Origin: an uncultured Candidatus Saccharibacteria bacterium
GTDB taxonomy: Bacteria > Patescibacteriota > Minisyncoccia > Minisyncoccales > GWA2-38-27
NCBI GenBank assembly: GCA_964506305.1
Contig: CAZDKD010000001.1
Coordinates: 8,031 to 72,030, forward strand
Length of the DNA: 64,000 nucleotides
Direction: 5' to 3'
The position numbers and the translations under genes are program-made. The notes under the pieces are model-generated. The model saw nothing but the letters and a program-made list of their open reading frames with translations. It ran no database searches and was not told the origin of the DNA. Numbering within the stretch: the stretch's first letter is position 1; every line of letters starts with the position of its first letter. Below are positions 25,459 through 34,598 of this stretch, piece after piece.

Positions 25459-25662
25459 AATAAAGATTATAGAATGTAAAAAAGAAGAAAATATAAAAGA
25501 TTGCCCATGTACTTATGATTGCGACAAAAAGGGAATGTGTTGCGAATGTGTAAAATATCATTTAGAAAGAAGAGAGCTGCCGGCTTGCTTTTTTTCTAAG
25601 GAAGCGGAAAAGACCTTTGACCGTTCAATTGAAAAATTCATAGAAGATCAAAAAAGTTTATG
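25430..25662 (+). CDS. cysteine-rich small domain protein (CPCxYxC...CCxCVxYH...PAC), no canonical in-frame start codon; stop overlaps mscS start (ATGA)
   Basis: Frame open from 25430; ...KDCPCTYDCDKKGMCCECVKYHLERRELPACFF...; only in-frame ATG is internal (MCCECV...); R1 repeat sits exactly where the start should be. Confidence 0.35.
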
Positions 25663-26703
25663 AATACAGTAAAAGTTTTAATTTCAAATGAATATTTTCA
25701 GGCCTTGTTGATTGTGATTGGGGCAGTGATTTTGGCTAAGGTTTTGCATTTCATATTAAAAGGATATATTCAAAAGTTAACCGAAAGAACAAAGAGCGAT
25801 ATTGATAACGCCATATTGAAAATTATCACAAAGCCCCTCTATATTTTTGTTATTGTCTTAGGTATTTGGATTGGGCTGAGACTTTTATCTTGTATTAAAC
25901 CTTATCTTTTTTGGATAGACGGACTCTTTTTTGTGCTTTCTGTTTTTATAGCTTCTCTTGTTATCTCCAGAATTCTTGCTCTTTTTATCACTCGTTGGCT
26001 AAAAGTTCAGAGACGATTTGAAAAGACGCCTCAATTGATTGCTAAGATTGTCAGCGTGATTGTTTATCTTGTTGCAATTTTGATAATTTTAGACCGCCTT
26101 AACGTTGAGATAACTCCTTTAATTGCCAGCTTGGGTCTTGGGGGAGTGGCTATTGCTTTGGCTCTTCAGAGCACTCTCTCAAATCTTTTTGCCGGGCTTC
26201 ATATTATATCTGACCGGCCTATAAACATTGGCGATTATATTGAGATTGAAGGAGGACTTTCCGGCTATGTGGAAGATATTGGCTGGAGGTCAACAAGAAT
26301 AAGAACCAGAGTTAATAATTTTGTTATTGTTCCTAATTCAAAATTGGCTGAAAGTATAATCGTTAATCTTTCAACTCCCCAGAAAGAAACAACAATAGTG
26401 GTTGAATGCGGGGTTAGTTATGAGTCAGACCTTGAAAAAGCAGAGAGAGTAACAATAGAGGCAGCAAGAGAGATTCAAGAGAATATCAAGGGAGCAGTAA
26501 AGGGCTTTGAACCACTTTTTCGATATCACACATTCGGGGATTCAAATATTAGTTTTTCGATATATCTTAGGGTTGAAAAACCAATTGATAAATTTTTAGT
26601 GACGCACAAATTTATAAAAGCTCTCAAGAAAAGATACGACCAAGAAGGCATTGAAATTTCCTGGCCAGTTCTAAAGATTTATTATCCGAAGCAAAGCGAC
26701 TAA
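25660..26703 (+). CDS. mscS: small-conductance mechanosensitive channel
   Basis: 3 TM + GLGGVAIALALQSTLSNLFAGLHIISDRPINIGDYIEIEG...VIVPNSKL MscS beta-domain pattern. Confidence 0.8.
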   Translation: MNTVKVLISNEYFQALLIVIGAVILAKVLHFILKGYIQKLTERTKSDIDNAILKIITKPLYIFVIVLGIWIGLRLLSCIKPYLFWIDGLFFVLSVFIASLVISRILALFITRWLKVQRRFEKTPQLIAKIVSVIVYLVAILIILDRLNVEITPLIASLGLGGVAIALALQSTLSNLFAGLHIISDRPINIGDYIEIEGGLSGYVEDIGWRSTRIRTRVNNFVIVPNSKLAESIIVNLSTPQKETTIVVECGVSYESDLEKAERVTIEAAREIQENIKGAVKGFEPLFRYHTFGDSNISFSIYLRVEKPIDKFLVTHKFIKALKKRYDQEGIEISWPVLKIYYPKQSD

Positions 26704-26766
26704 ATCCTACCAAAAAATCACCCCTTGGGCAATTTTTTGATAGAATAGAAAAAACTAAAGAAAATT

Positions 26767-28464
26767 ATGACTCAACAAGAAGCATTAGATATATTAAAAC
26801 TAGGGCATAATATCTATTTAACGGGTCCGCCGGGAAGCGGGAAAACTTTTTTGTTAAATAAATATATTGATTATTTGAAAAAAAATCACAGAGGGGTGGC
26901 AATAACTGCCTCTACTGGAATTGCTGCCACCCATATGCAGGGAGTTACTATTCATTCTTGGTCAGGTATGGGCATTAAAGAAAAACTTACCGAGAGAGAT
27001 CTCGGAAAACTTCTGAAGAAATCTTATCTTAGGAAAAGATTTAGAAATACCGGGGTGCTTATTATTGATGAGATATCAATGCTTCATGCTTTTCAGTTTG
27101 ATTTAATAAATTTTATCTGTCAGGCATTTAAAAATAGCGCAAAGCCTTTTGGCGGAATGCAGGTGGTATGTTCGGGTGATTTTTTCCAGCTTCCTCCTGT
27201 GCAGAAAGGAGAAAAGCCGAAATTTGTCACCGAATCAAAGGCATGGGAAAATGTGAATATGAAAATATGTTATCTTGAAGAACAGTATCGTCAAGAGGAA
27301 AATGGCGCATTACTCACCTTGTTAAATCATATTCGAAATAATGAGATTAATGAGGCAAAGGAGTTATTAGCCGACATAGACAGCGAAGAAAAAGTATGTT
27401 CAACCAAGCTTTATACTCATAATGTGGATGTTGCAGCTATTAATAATTCTGAATTAGTCAAAATAGACGGGGAGGAGTTTGGGTATGATATGCGCTCCGA
27501 GGGCAATAAAGATATTGTGGTTATGCTCAAGAAGGGTTGTTTGGCGCCCGAAAAGTTGATTCTTAAAAAAAAGGCCAAAGTAATGTTTGTAAAAAATAAT
27601 TTCGATAAGGGCTATGTAAATGGCACTCTTGGCGAGGTAATTGGTTTTGATGTTGATGGGTTGCCTGTTATAAAAATTACTGGGGGCGAACATATTGTTG
27701 CCAGACCTGCAAGCTGGACTATTGAGGAAGATGATGTTGTTAAAGCTGAAATTAGTCAAATTCCTCTTCGTCTGGCCTGGGCCATAACGGTGCATAAAAG
27801 CCAGGGCATGAATCTTGATGCTGCTGAAATTAATCTTTCTAAATCATTTGTTGAAGGAATGGGGTACGTGGCCCTTTCCAGGCTGCGTTCGCTTGCAGGG
27901 TTGAAACTTATGGGAATAAATGAGTTAGCTCTTACGGTCAATCAAGAGGTTTCGGAGTTAGATAGGGTATTAAAACAGATGTCGCAGGAAGTGACTGAAT
28001 ATTTTAAAAAAATGAAAATATGGGAGAAAAATAAGAAACAAAGACAATTTTTAGATTTTCTCCCCAGAGTTGAACCCGGCAAAAGAGATAAAAAAGAAAA
28101 AAAGAGGCTTGGGCCAACTTATGAAGAGACCAAAATTCTAGTTCGTCAAAAGCTTCCGATTAAAGAAATTGCCGAACATAGATGTTTGAGCGAAGAAACT
28201 ATTATAAGCCATTTAGAGAAATTAAATGCTCGCAAAGAAGAAATTGATTTAGGATATTTACAATTACCGGAAGAACGTTTTAAGAAAATTAAGATGGTCT
28301 TTCAGCAAACCGGTGATTTTAAATTATCTCCGGTTAAACAGATACTTGGTAAAGATTTTTCTTTTCAAGAGATAAGATTAACTCGTTTATTTATAAAAAA
28401 AGATAAAGAAGTTGAAAAATTTGCTGAAAAGGAAGAAGTTTCACAATTAAAAAAATACAAATAA
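26767..28464 (+). CDS. PIF1/RecD-like ATP-dependent DNA helicase
   Basis: Walker A LTGPPGSGKTFLL, ITASTGIAAT, LIIDEISML, GDFFQLPPV, ITVHKSQG; C-terminal HTH-like tail. Confidence 0.75.
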   Translation: MTQQEALDILKLGHNIYLTGPPGSGKTFLLNKYIDYLKKNHRGVAITASTGIAATHMQGVTIHSWSGMGIKEKLTERDLGKLLKKSYLRKRFRNTGVLIIDEISMLHAFQFDLINFICQAFKNSAKPFGGMQVVCSGDFFQLPPVQKGEKPKFVTESKAWENVNMKICYLEEQYRQEENGALLTLLNHIRNNEINEAKELLADIDSEEKVCSTKLYTHNVDVAAINNSELVKIDGEEFGYDMRSEGNKDIVVMLKKGCLAPEKLILKKKAKVMFVKNNFDKGYVNGTLGEVIGFDVDGLPVIKITGGEHIVARPASWTIEEDDVVKAEISQIPLRLAWAITVHKSQGMNLDAAEINLSKSFVEGMGYVALSRLRSLAGLKLMGINELALTVNQEVSELDRVLKQMSQEVTEYFKKMKIWEKNKKQRQFLDFLPRVEPGKRDKKEKKRLGPTYEETKILVRQKLPIKEIAEHRCLSEETIISHLEKLNARKEEIDLGYLQLPEERFKKIKMVFQQTGDFKLSPVKQILGKDFSFQEIRLTRLFIKKDKEVEKFAEKEEVSQLKKYK

Positions 28465-28494
28465 CGCAAAACTAAACTCGGTTTAGTTTTAAAA
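28465..28494. repeat. R1 partial copy c (first palindrome only)
   Basis: acgcaaaactaaactcggtttagttttaaaa. Confidence 0.5.
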
Positions 28495-28497
28495 TAT

Positions 28498-28833
28498 ATG
28501 AACTTTAAAACACTTTTTCTTGCTCATACTCCTGATGCAGAACCAGAAAAGCACAGGTGTGAGATTGAAACATCTAAATACAAGCTCTTTGTGGTATTGG
28601 TTGGAAATCAATCTCAAGCTCTTGAAGTATCTAAAAAGTTTGCTGAAGAAGAAGGAATTCATTCTATTCTTCTCTGTCCTGGATTTACTCACAAAGATAT
28701 TGCAGAGATATCAGAAGCAGTTGGAGAAAATGTTGGTGTTTCTGTAGCCAGAGGAGATGGCCCGAGTAATAAAATTGCTATGAGGGCGATGAGAAGAGCA
28801 GGCTGGTTTCCGGAAAAAAAGGAGAAGGAGTAA
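28498..28833 (+). CDS. hypothetical protein
   Basis: Soluble 111-aa ORF; no recognisable motif. Confidence 0.4.
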   Translation: MNFKTLFLAHTPDAEPEKHRCEIETSKYKLFVVLVGNQSQALEVSKKFAEEEGIHSILLCPGFTHKDIAEISEAVGENVGVSVARGDGPSNKIAMRAMRRAGWFPEKKEKE

Positions 28834-28881
28834 TTTTAGCCCCGCGTCAAGCGCAGGCAGGAGTACAGTATTGATGGAGGG

Positions 28882-29094
28882 TTGATAGACAACTTGTTGA
28901 CAACTTTAAATTTGGGAGATATAACAAAGTTGTCAACTAATGATTTTAAGGGTGTTAAAACCATCGGCCAGGCTTTTGCCGATGAAGTTTTTCGTGTTTG
29001 GCAGAATCACCACCAGAATATTGAGATTATTTATAAAAATGCCGACAAGAATGTTTTATTTATGATTAAAAAAGCCTTGAGTGTAAATAAGTGA
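28882..29094 (+). CDS. hypothetical small protein
   Basis: ORF only. Confidence 0.3.
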   Translation: MIDNLLTTLNLGDITKLSTNDFKGVKTIGQAFADEVFRVWQNHHQNIEIIYKNADKNVLFMIKKALSVNK

Positions 29095-29109
29095 ATAATT
29101 TAAATTTTA

Positions 29110-29457
29110 ATGGAAAATTTCATGAAAAATATTAAACTTCTACCAAAAACTAAATTAGGCAAATGGTCGGTTGGATTGATAATCGCTATGTTCTCATTAT
29201 TTTTTCTTGGCATGTCATTTTTTCTAAAAGTATATACATCTGTTTCAGCAGGAGAAACTATTTTAAAAGATATTGTTGCAAGGCCGTGTTTAGCGTTATC
29301 GATGCTTTCTGGCTTTGCTTCCGGTATCATTGCTTTTGTCACGGGGCTTACTGCGATTATAAGAAAAAAAGAAAGGTCTATTTTGGTGTTTATTTCAACA
29401 ATTATTGGTGCGTTGCTTATTTGGTTTCTTGCGGCACAAATAATGTCCCCGTGTTAA
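29110..29457 (+). CDS. membrane protein, paralog 2 of 25044 gene
   Basis: Near-identical protein (A->V, K->R, I->S changes only). Confidence 0.5.
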   Translation: MENFMKNIKLLPKTKLGKWSVGLIIAMFSLFFLGMSFFLKVYTSVSAGETILKDIVARPCLALSMLSGFASGIIAFVTGLTAIIRKKERSILVFISTIIGALLIWFLAAQIMSPC

Positions 29458-29464
29458 ATTATTA

Positions 29465-29524
29465 ACGCAAAACTAAACTCGGTTTAGTTTTAAGATTGAG
29501 AAGTCGTTGATGACTGTCGCCAAA
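29465..29524. repeat. R1 copy d (second palindrome degenerated: GTCGTTGATGACTGTCGCC)
   Basis: acgcaaaactaaactcggtttagttttaagattgagaagtcgttgatgactgtcgcc. Confidence 0.55.
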
Positions 29525-29528
29525 ATTT

Positions 29529-29765
29529 ATGGAAAGGAAAATTTGTAAATGGTATGAGGTTTGTCCAATGAAGAGATTTTACGAGGAAGAAAAATTAGAT
29601 AAAAAATGGGTTGAGAATTATTGTTTCCGTAATGGAGAGAATTGTAAGAGATTTGAAATGGAAGAAAAGGGAATTTCTCATCCAGATAATATGCTTCCTA
29701 ATGGCGAGATTGATGATAGTTTAAAACAATATGGGAACAATAAAAATATACTGCCAGAATTGTAG
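29529..29765 (+). CDS. small Cys-rich protein, paralog of 62391 gene (CKWY..CP...KW.E.YC...C.RF.MEE.G..HPDNM.P.G)
   Basis: MERKICKWYEVCPMKRF...NCKRFEMEEKGISHPDNMLPNG vs MACKWYNLCPLREL...NCKRFQMEEEGKFHPDNMMPDG. Confidence 0.45.
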   Translation: MERKICKWYEVCPMKRFYEEEKLDKKWVENYCFRNGENCKRFEMEEKGISHPDNMLPNGEIDDSLKQYGNNKNILPEL

Positions 29766-29958
29766 AGCTCTTCTTTATAAATATCAAAAAGACAAACCGG
29801 GCCATTTGATTAAATGCTACAAGAATAAGATTTTAAAAGATTATACTGAAGAAAATTTAAAATGTCCCAAATGCGGACAGCGGTTTGCCAGAGAGGCACT
29901 GATTCACGGGAAACCGGCTAATAAAATTATTCAGGGTAAAGTTTTTGTAAAAAAATAA
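29731..29958 (+). CDS. small zinc-ribbon protein
   Basis: YCQNC...CPKCG four-Cys pattern; overlaps previous gene by 35 nt in another frame. Confidence 0.35.
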   Translation: MGTIKIYCQNCRALLYKYQKDKPGHLIKCYKNKILKDYTEENLKCPKCGQRFAREALIHGKPANKIIQGKVFVKK

Positions 29959-29960
29959 AA

Positions 29961-30347
29961 ATGGCGCAAAATAATAATCGGAGAAAGAAAAATATTTTTT
30001 TGAGTTTTCAGAATGCCCAGAGGGGGTTATGGAAAGTTCTTGTTCGAGAGCCGGCATTTAAATATATGGCAGCAGCGGCCCTGCTGGTTGTTGGAGCAAT
30101 GCTTTATTTCCCGACGAGCAGAACGGAAAAAGCCGTACTCTTAGTAACGATTTTTTCCGTGCTTGGATTAGAAATGATTAATTCCATTATGGAGCGTTTT
30201 CTGGACTTTTTGCAGCCAAGTTATGACCCGCGTGTTAAAATAATAAAAGACTTGCTTTCAGGTTTTGTATTCTTGGTTGTTTTAGGCACAGTGATTATTG
30301 GCATTCTTATTTTTTGGCCCTATCTAAAAACAGTTATCAATTTTTAA
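29961..30347 (+). CDS. dgkA: diacylglycerol/undecaprenol kinase
   Basis: LGLEMINSIMERFLDFLQPSYDPRVKIIKDLLSGFVFLVV matches DgkA core (E..NSAIE...D...H...KD..S.AV). Confidence 0.7.
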   Translation: MAQNNNRRKKNIFLSFQNAQRGLWKVLVREPAFKYMAAAALLVVGAMLYFPTSRTEKAVLLVTIFSVLGLEMINSIMERFLDFLQPSYDPRVKIIKDLLSGFVFLVVLGTVIIGILIFWPYLKTVINF

Positions 30348-31096
30348 ACCCCGTTAGAGATTATAAAGACAAAAAGAAAGCAAAAAGAGAGCGAATCTCT
30401 AACGGGGTAAAAATAGAATGGCTAAAAACAAAGCAATTTTAGCCCACCCCGCCCTGGCGGGGGGGGCAGGCAAAGATAGAAAAATCTCCCTTCGGGCAGT
30501 TTTTTTGTTGACAAATATGAATAATTAGTATATAATATAAGTAGTAGGTTAAAAGAATAAATAACGATTTTTCAATGAAAGGAGTGAATATGAATAGTCA
30601 AGATTTTAGGAATGCTTGGGAAGATTATGTTTTCTGTCACGATCAAAAAAAGAAAGAAGCCGCTTTATAACGAGTAGTAGGGCTCGCAACCACAATCAAC
30701 CAGTGGTTACTGATTCAGGAGTCTACTAAAAATAGAGACGATATCCAAAAAAAGGCTAAAGAACAACTGAGTAAGTTATTTTCTCAAAGAAAGATATCGC
30801 CATCTCTCCTTGCGAAGTTTGCAGAACAGACCGCTAAATAAAACAAAATTAAAGTCCACAGAGATTACTCCGTGGACTTTTTTATTGACACGAGCGAGGG
30901 AAAAATGAAAGTTTACTTTCATTTTAACCGAGCGACGTGTTAATATAGTAAGGAGGGTGTAGCCCTCCTCCTACTCTATTCCTCGGCGCGTATTCTCGCG
31001 CGTTATGCTGAGATGATGAAAAATCGCCCTTTGAGCGATTTTTTGGTAGAATGAAATATAAAGGTCATTAATTAAAATTAAGAAAGGAATTAAAAT

Positions 31097-31378
31097 ATGT
31101 TATCACAAATACCTATTAATCTTGAGAAAATAAAAAAAGAGGATTTAGATAAAGAGATATTAAGAATTGGAATGATAGCTGAATTGGATGCTGTTTCTCT
31201 TTACGAACAATTAGCCGCAATGACCGAGAACGAAACTTTTAAAAAAGTTCTTTTGGATATAGCCAAAGAAGAAAAAACTCACATGGGGGAATTCCAATCC
31301 TTATTACTTCAAATAGATTCGGAGCAAGCAAGCGAGTTGGAAGAAGGCAAAAAAGAAGTTGAAGAATTAACAAATTAA
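31097..31378 (+). CDS. ferritin-like/rubrerythrin-like half-domain protein
   Basis: ELDAVSLYEQLA ... AKEEKTHMGEF : E-x-x-H di-iron-type ligand spacing in helical protein. Confidence 0.4.
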   Translation: MLSQIPINLEKIKKEDLDKEILRIGMIAELDAVSLYEQLAAMTENETFKKVLLDIAKEEKTHMGEFQSLLLQIDSEQASELEEGKKEVEELTN

Positions 31379-31406
31379 CGTAAGACTAAACTCGGTTTAG
31401 TTAAAC
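31378..31406. repeat. R1 partial copy e
   Basis: acgtaagactaaactcggtttagttaaac. Confidence 0.45.
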
Positions 31407-31442
31407 TATGCCCTGCCGCCCTGGCGGCAGGGCAGGGTAAAG

Positions 31443-31871
31443 ATGAAATTTATGGAATGTCCATTTTGTAATATTAATAAAAAGAGAAATACAATTATTA
31501 AATATTATAAGAATGTTTTTGTTATGTTTAGCAATCCGAGATTGATGGAAGGGCATTTATTAGTTATTCCTAAAAGACATGTTGAGAAATTATCAGAATT
31601 AAACGAAGAGGAAAGAAAAGAGTTATTAGATGTTGTTGTAGAGTATGAGGAAAAGATATTAAAAAATATATCTCCCGGATGCGATATCGGGCAGCATTAT
31701 AGGCCCTTTTTAGAACAAAGCGAATTAAAAATTGACCATTTGCATATTCATTTACAACCTAGAAGACTTGAAGATGACTTGCATCGCAAATTACAGTTTT
31801 TTGGTAAAAATGTTTTTAAAAAATTAACAAAAGAGGAAATCGATAAAATTCTTTCAAAATTAGCTAAATAA
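31443..31871 (+). CDS. HIT-family hydrolase
   Basis: HLLVIPKRHV and histidine triad HLHIHLQP. Confidence 0.75.
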   Translation: MKFMECPFCNINKKRNTIIKYYKNVFVMFSNPRLMEGHLLVIPKRHVEKLSELNEEERKELLDVVVEYEEKILKNISPGCDIGQHYRPFLEQSELKIDHLHIHLQPRRLEDDLHRKLQFFGKNVFKKLTKEEIDKILSKLAK

Positions 31872-31982
31872 AAGAACTAGACAACCTTAGCTGAAAACAA
31901 AAGGTCGGACCCCAATGGTACCCCGCCAAGGCGGGGACTACGGGCCAAGGAAAATAATAATCAATTAAATTAATTTAAGAAT

Positions 31983-32783
31983 ATGACAACTACAATCTCA
32001 ATAATTTTAGGAATAATTATCTTTATTGTTTTGATTTCTATCAAGCAGATTAATCAGTATCAAAAAGGGGTAAAGTTTATGCTGGGCAAGTATATCGGTT
32101 TAATGAATCCCGGATGGAGGTTGGTTTTTCCCATTATTCAGTCCTATATGAAGGTGGATTTAAGAGTAAAAGCAGTAGATGTGCCAAGTCAGGAAGCAAT
32201 AACTGGGGATAATATTTCAGTGAGCGTTAATGCCGTTATTTACTATAAAGTGCGAAACGCTGATAAGGCAGTTTTAGAAGTAGAAAAGTTTAATTACGCT
32301 ATTTCTCAGTTGGCTCAGACAACAATGCGAAATGCTGTAGGCCAGGTAGATTTAGATGAACTTCTTTCCGCGAGAGATAGGGTCTCAGAAAACATAAGAA
32401 TTATTGTAGACAAAGCCACTGACCCTTGGGGAATTGAAGTTATCAATGTTGAGTTGAAAGATATAACCCTGCCCGAAGAAATGAAGAGAGTAATCGGCAA
32501 GCAAGCCGAAGCAGAAAGAGAAAAAAGAGCAATAATTATTAAAGCTCAGGGAGAGGTGATTGCTGCTGATAATATGGCCAAAGCCGCTAAAACTTTATCA
32601 GGATCAAGCGGAGCCCTGCATTTAAGGACTCTTCAGTCAGTTAACGATATAAGCTCTGACCAGTCAAATACCATTGTTTTTGCGATACCCCTGGAAGTTT
32701 TAAGGGCTTTTGAAGGATTTGGTAAGAAATTCCTGAAAGAAGACAAAAATGAGGAAGAGAATAAAGCTCAGCCTCAGCTCTGA
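31983..32783 (+). CDS. SPFH/band-7 (stomatin/prohibitin-like) membrane protein
   Basis: N-terminal TM, then band-7 core ...VDLRVKAVDVPSQEAITGDNISVSVNAVIYYKV...; coiled-coil tail. Confidence 0.8.
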   Translation: MTTTISIILGIIIFIVLISIKQINQYQKGVKFMLGKYIGLMNPGWRLVFPIIQSYMKVDLRVKAVDVPSQEAITGDNISVSVNAVIYYKVRNADKAVLEVEKFNYAISQLAQTTMRNAVGQVDLDELLSARDRVSENIRIIVDKATDPWGIEVINVELKDITLPEEMKRVIGKQAEAEREKRAIIIKAQGEVIAADNMAKAAKTLSGSSGALHLRTLQSVNDISSDQSNTIVFAIPLEVLRAFEGFGKKFLKEDKNEEENKAQPQL

Positions 32784-32818
32784 TTTTTAAAACCAAAGAA
32801 TTTTAGCTATTAAAATTT

Positions 32819-33340
32819 ATGGAAGTAGAATTAGAGAGAACTTTTTTATTAAAGAAAATACCAGAGGGGCTAGAGGATTGTAAATCTATTGAGATTTTTG
32901 ATATTTACATTCCTCGGTCAGTTCATCATCCCATTTTAAGAATTCGGAAAAGGGGAGAGGTTTTTGAGATGACTAAGAAAGCGCCAATAGAAAATGATTC
33001 TTCGGAGCAGGAAGAGCAAACCATTTCTTTATCAAAAGAAGAGTTTTCTGAGTTATCAACTCTTAGTGGTAAGAAATTAAGGAAAATCCGCTACTTTTAT
33101 CCTATAAACAACAGGACAGCGGAAATAGATATTCATTTAGATAATTTAGAGGGGCTTGCTACTGCAGATTTTGAGTTTAGTTCTTCTGAAGAAAAGTCAA
33201 ATTTCACAATGCCGGATTTCTGTTTAGCGGAAGTTACTCAGGAAGAGTTTGCGGCAGCTGGCTATTTGTCAGGAAAGAAATATGAGGATATTCAATCTTT
33301 TTTAGAAAAATATAATTACAAAAAGGTTAAATTAGAATAA
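32819..33340 (+). CDS. CYTH-like domain protein (triphosphate tunnel family)
   Basis: MEVELERTFLLKKIP...ILRIRKRGEVFEMTKK pattern of CYTH N-terminus (ExExK). Confidence 0.4.
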   Translation: MEVELERTFLLKKIPEGLEDCKSIEIFDIYIPRSVHHPILRIRKRGEVFEMTKKAPIENDSSEQEEQTISLSKEEFSELSTLSGKKLRKIRYFYPINNRTAEIDIHLDNLEGLATADFEFSSSEEKSNFTMPDFCLAEVTQEEFAAAGYLSGKKYEDIQSFLEKYNYKKVKLE

Positions 33341-33368
33341 ATAAAAATTAACTTAAGTTCATAGTACT

Positions 33369-34271
33369 ATGCACAACAAAGGCGCTTCTACTTTTTTAGT
33401 AATAACGATAGTGGTAATGACAGTCGTATTATTAGCTGTTCTTATTACTGGAGGAGTTATATATTATAAATATTATTATCAAGAAGCAGAGGAAAAAGAA
33501 GAAAAGGAAGAAGAGGAAGAAGAACTTTTTGAAATAATAGAAACAGGAGATATTCCTTATGAAGAAAAATATACTTTTAGCATAGAAACAGCTGAATTTA
33601 TAGTTTATCCCCCGAACTTTGACAGCTTTGAATTTGGCTATTTTGAGGCATATAATAAAGGCGAAAAGATTTATGCTTCAGAGCCGATATATATGATTAT
33701 GGATTTGTTTTCCTTCCGGTATAAAGAAAACAAATATATTGTTGTGAGTGATTATTCTGGCGGAGCCCATTGTTGTTCCGAAGCGTATGTTTTCTTATTA
33801 GACAAAGACAATGATCTAAAGCTTATAGAAACTTTGCCTTTAGGTAATACTAGTATTTCAGAGGATAGTTTGATTATGGAAGATGATGATTTGTACCTAG
33901 CGGTATTTGATGATAGATTCGCTTATTTCTATACATTTTATGCCAACTCCTATTTCTTTGTCCGTTACTTAAAAGTAGAAGACGACAAACTTATCTCCAG
34001 CAATGATGCATTTCAAGAAAGCTATCTTGAGGAAGCAGTAAGATGCGAGGGCGAGCTGGAAGAGCAATTGAAAACAGGAGAAGATGATTTTGAATTCTAT
34101 TCTCCTTTCTTAGTCTGTATCACGGTTAATTATATGCTTGCCGGACAGGAAGCTAAGGCCTGGCAGAAGTTTAATGAGTATTCCTCAGAAGTGCCGCTAA
34201 CATACTATGGGGGGGCAATAGATTTGGAAGAGTTTAAAAAAGGATTAGAAGATATGATGAGAAGCCTGTGA
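33369..34271 (+). CDS. membrane-anchored hypothetical protein with acidic region
   Basis: N-terminal TM, EEKEEKEEEEEE stretch. Confidence 0.4.
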   Translation: MHNKGASTFLVITIVVMTVVLLAVLITGGVIYYKYYYQEAEEKEEKEEEEEELFEIIETGDIPYEEKYTFSIETAEFIVYPPNFDSFEFGYFEAYNKGEKIYASEPIYMIMDLFSFRYKENKYIVVSDYSGGAHCCSEAYVFLLDKDNDLKLIETLPLGNTSISEDSLIMEDDDLYLAVFDDRFAYFYTFYANSYFFVRYLKVEDDKLISSNDAFQESYLEEAVRCEGELEEQLKTGEDDFEFYSPFLVCITVNYMLAGQEAKAWQKFNEYSSEVPLTYYGGAIDLEEFKKGLEDMMRSL

Positions 34272-34283
34272 ACAGAGGCATAA

Positions 34284-34598
34284 GTGCTTAGTTTTGAGTT
34301 AGGAATTATGGAAAAATCTAAAAAATATTGGTCTGATAAGGTGACGAAATACAGCAACGCGCTTGATTTAGAACAAGGAGTTTTCACTTTTAAAAATCCG
34401 AAAAAGATTGCTTTGTCTTTAAAAAAATCTGCAGAAGAAAGTAATAGGCGAAAAGCAAAGCCGTTTCAATCTGCAATGTCTATGTTAAATTTTTACATTA
34501 ATCGCGCCGGCAAAAATTTACCTGAAAGCCAAAAGAAAATTTTAGAGCAGGCAAAAACAGAGCTTCGTAAAGTTTTTAATAAACCCACTCCGCCCTAG
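34284..34598 (+). CDS. DUF3175-like protein
   Basis: ALDLEQGVFTF...KKIALSLKKSAEESNRRKAKPFQSAMSMLNFYINRAGKNLP resembles DUF3175 core (recollection). Confidence 0.4.
   Translation: MLSFELGIMEKSKKYWSDKVTKYSNALDLEQGVFTFKNPKKIALSLKKSAEESNRRKAKPFQSAMSMLNFYINRAGKNLPESQKKILEQAKTELRKVFNKPTPP

Noticed and set aside
25044-29524. Composite transposon carrying mscS and pif1
   Set aside because: No transposase, integrase or inverted terminal repeats are present. The arrangement is only a direct segmental duplication plus MITE-like repeats, so it is reported as an observation and not as a mobile-element call.
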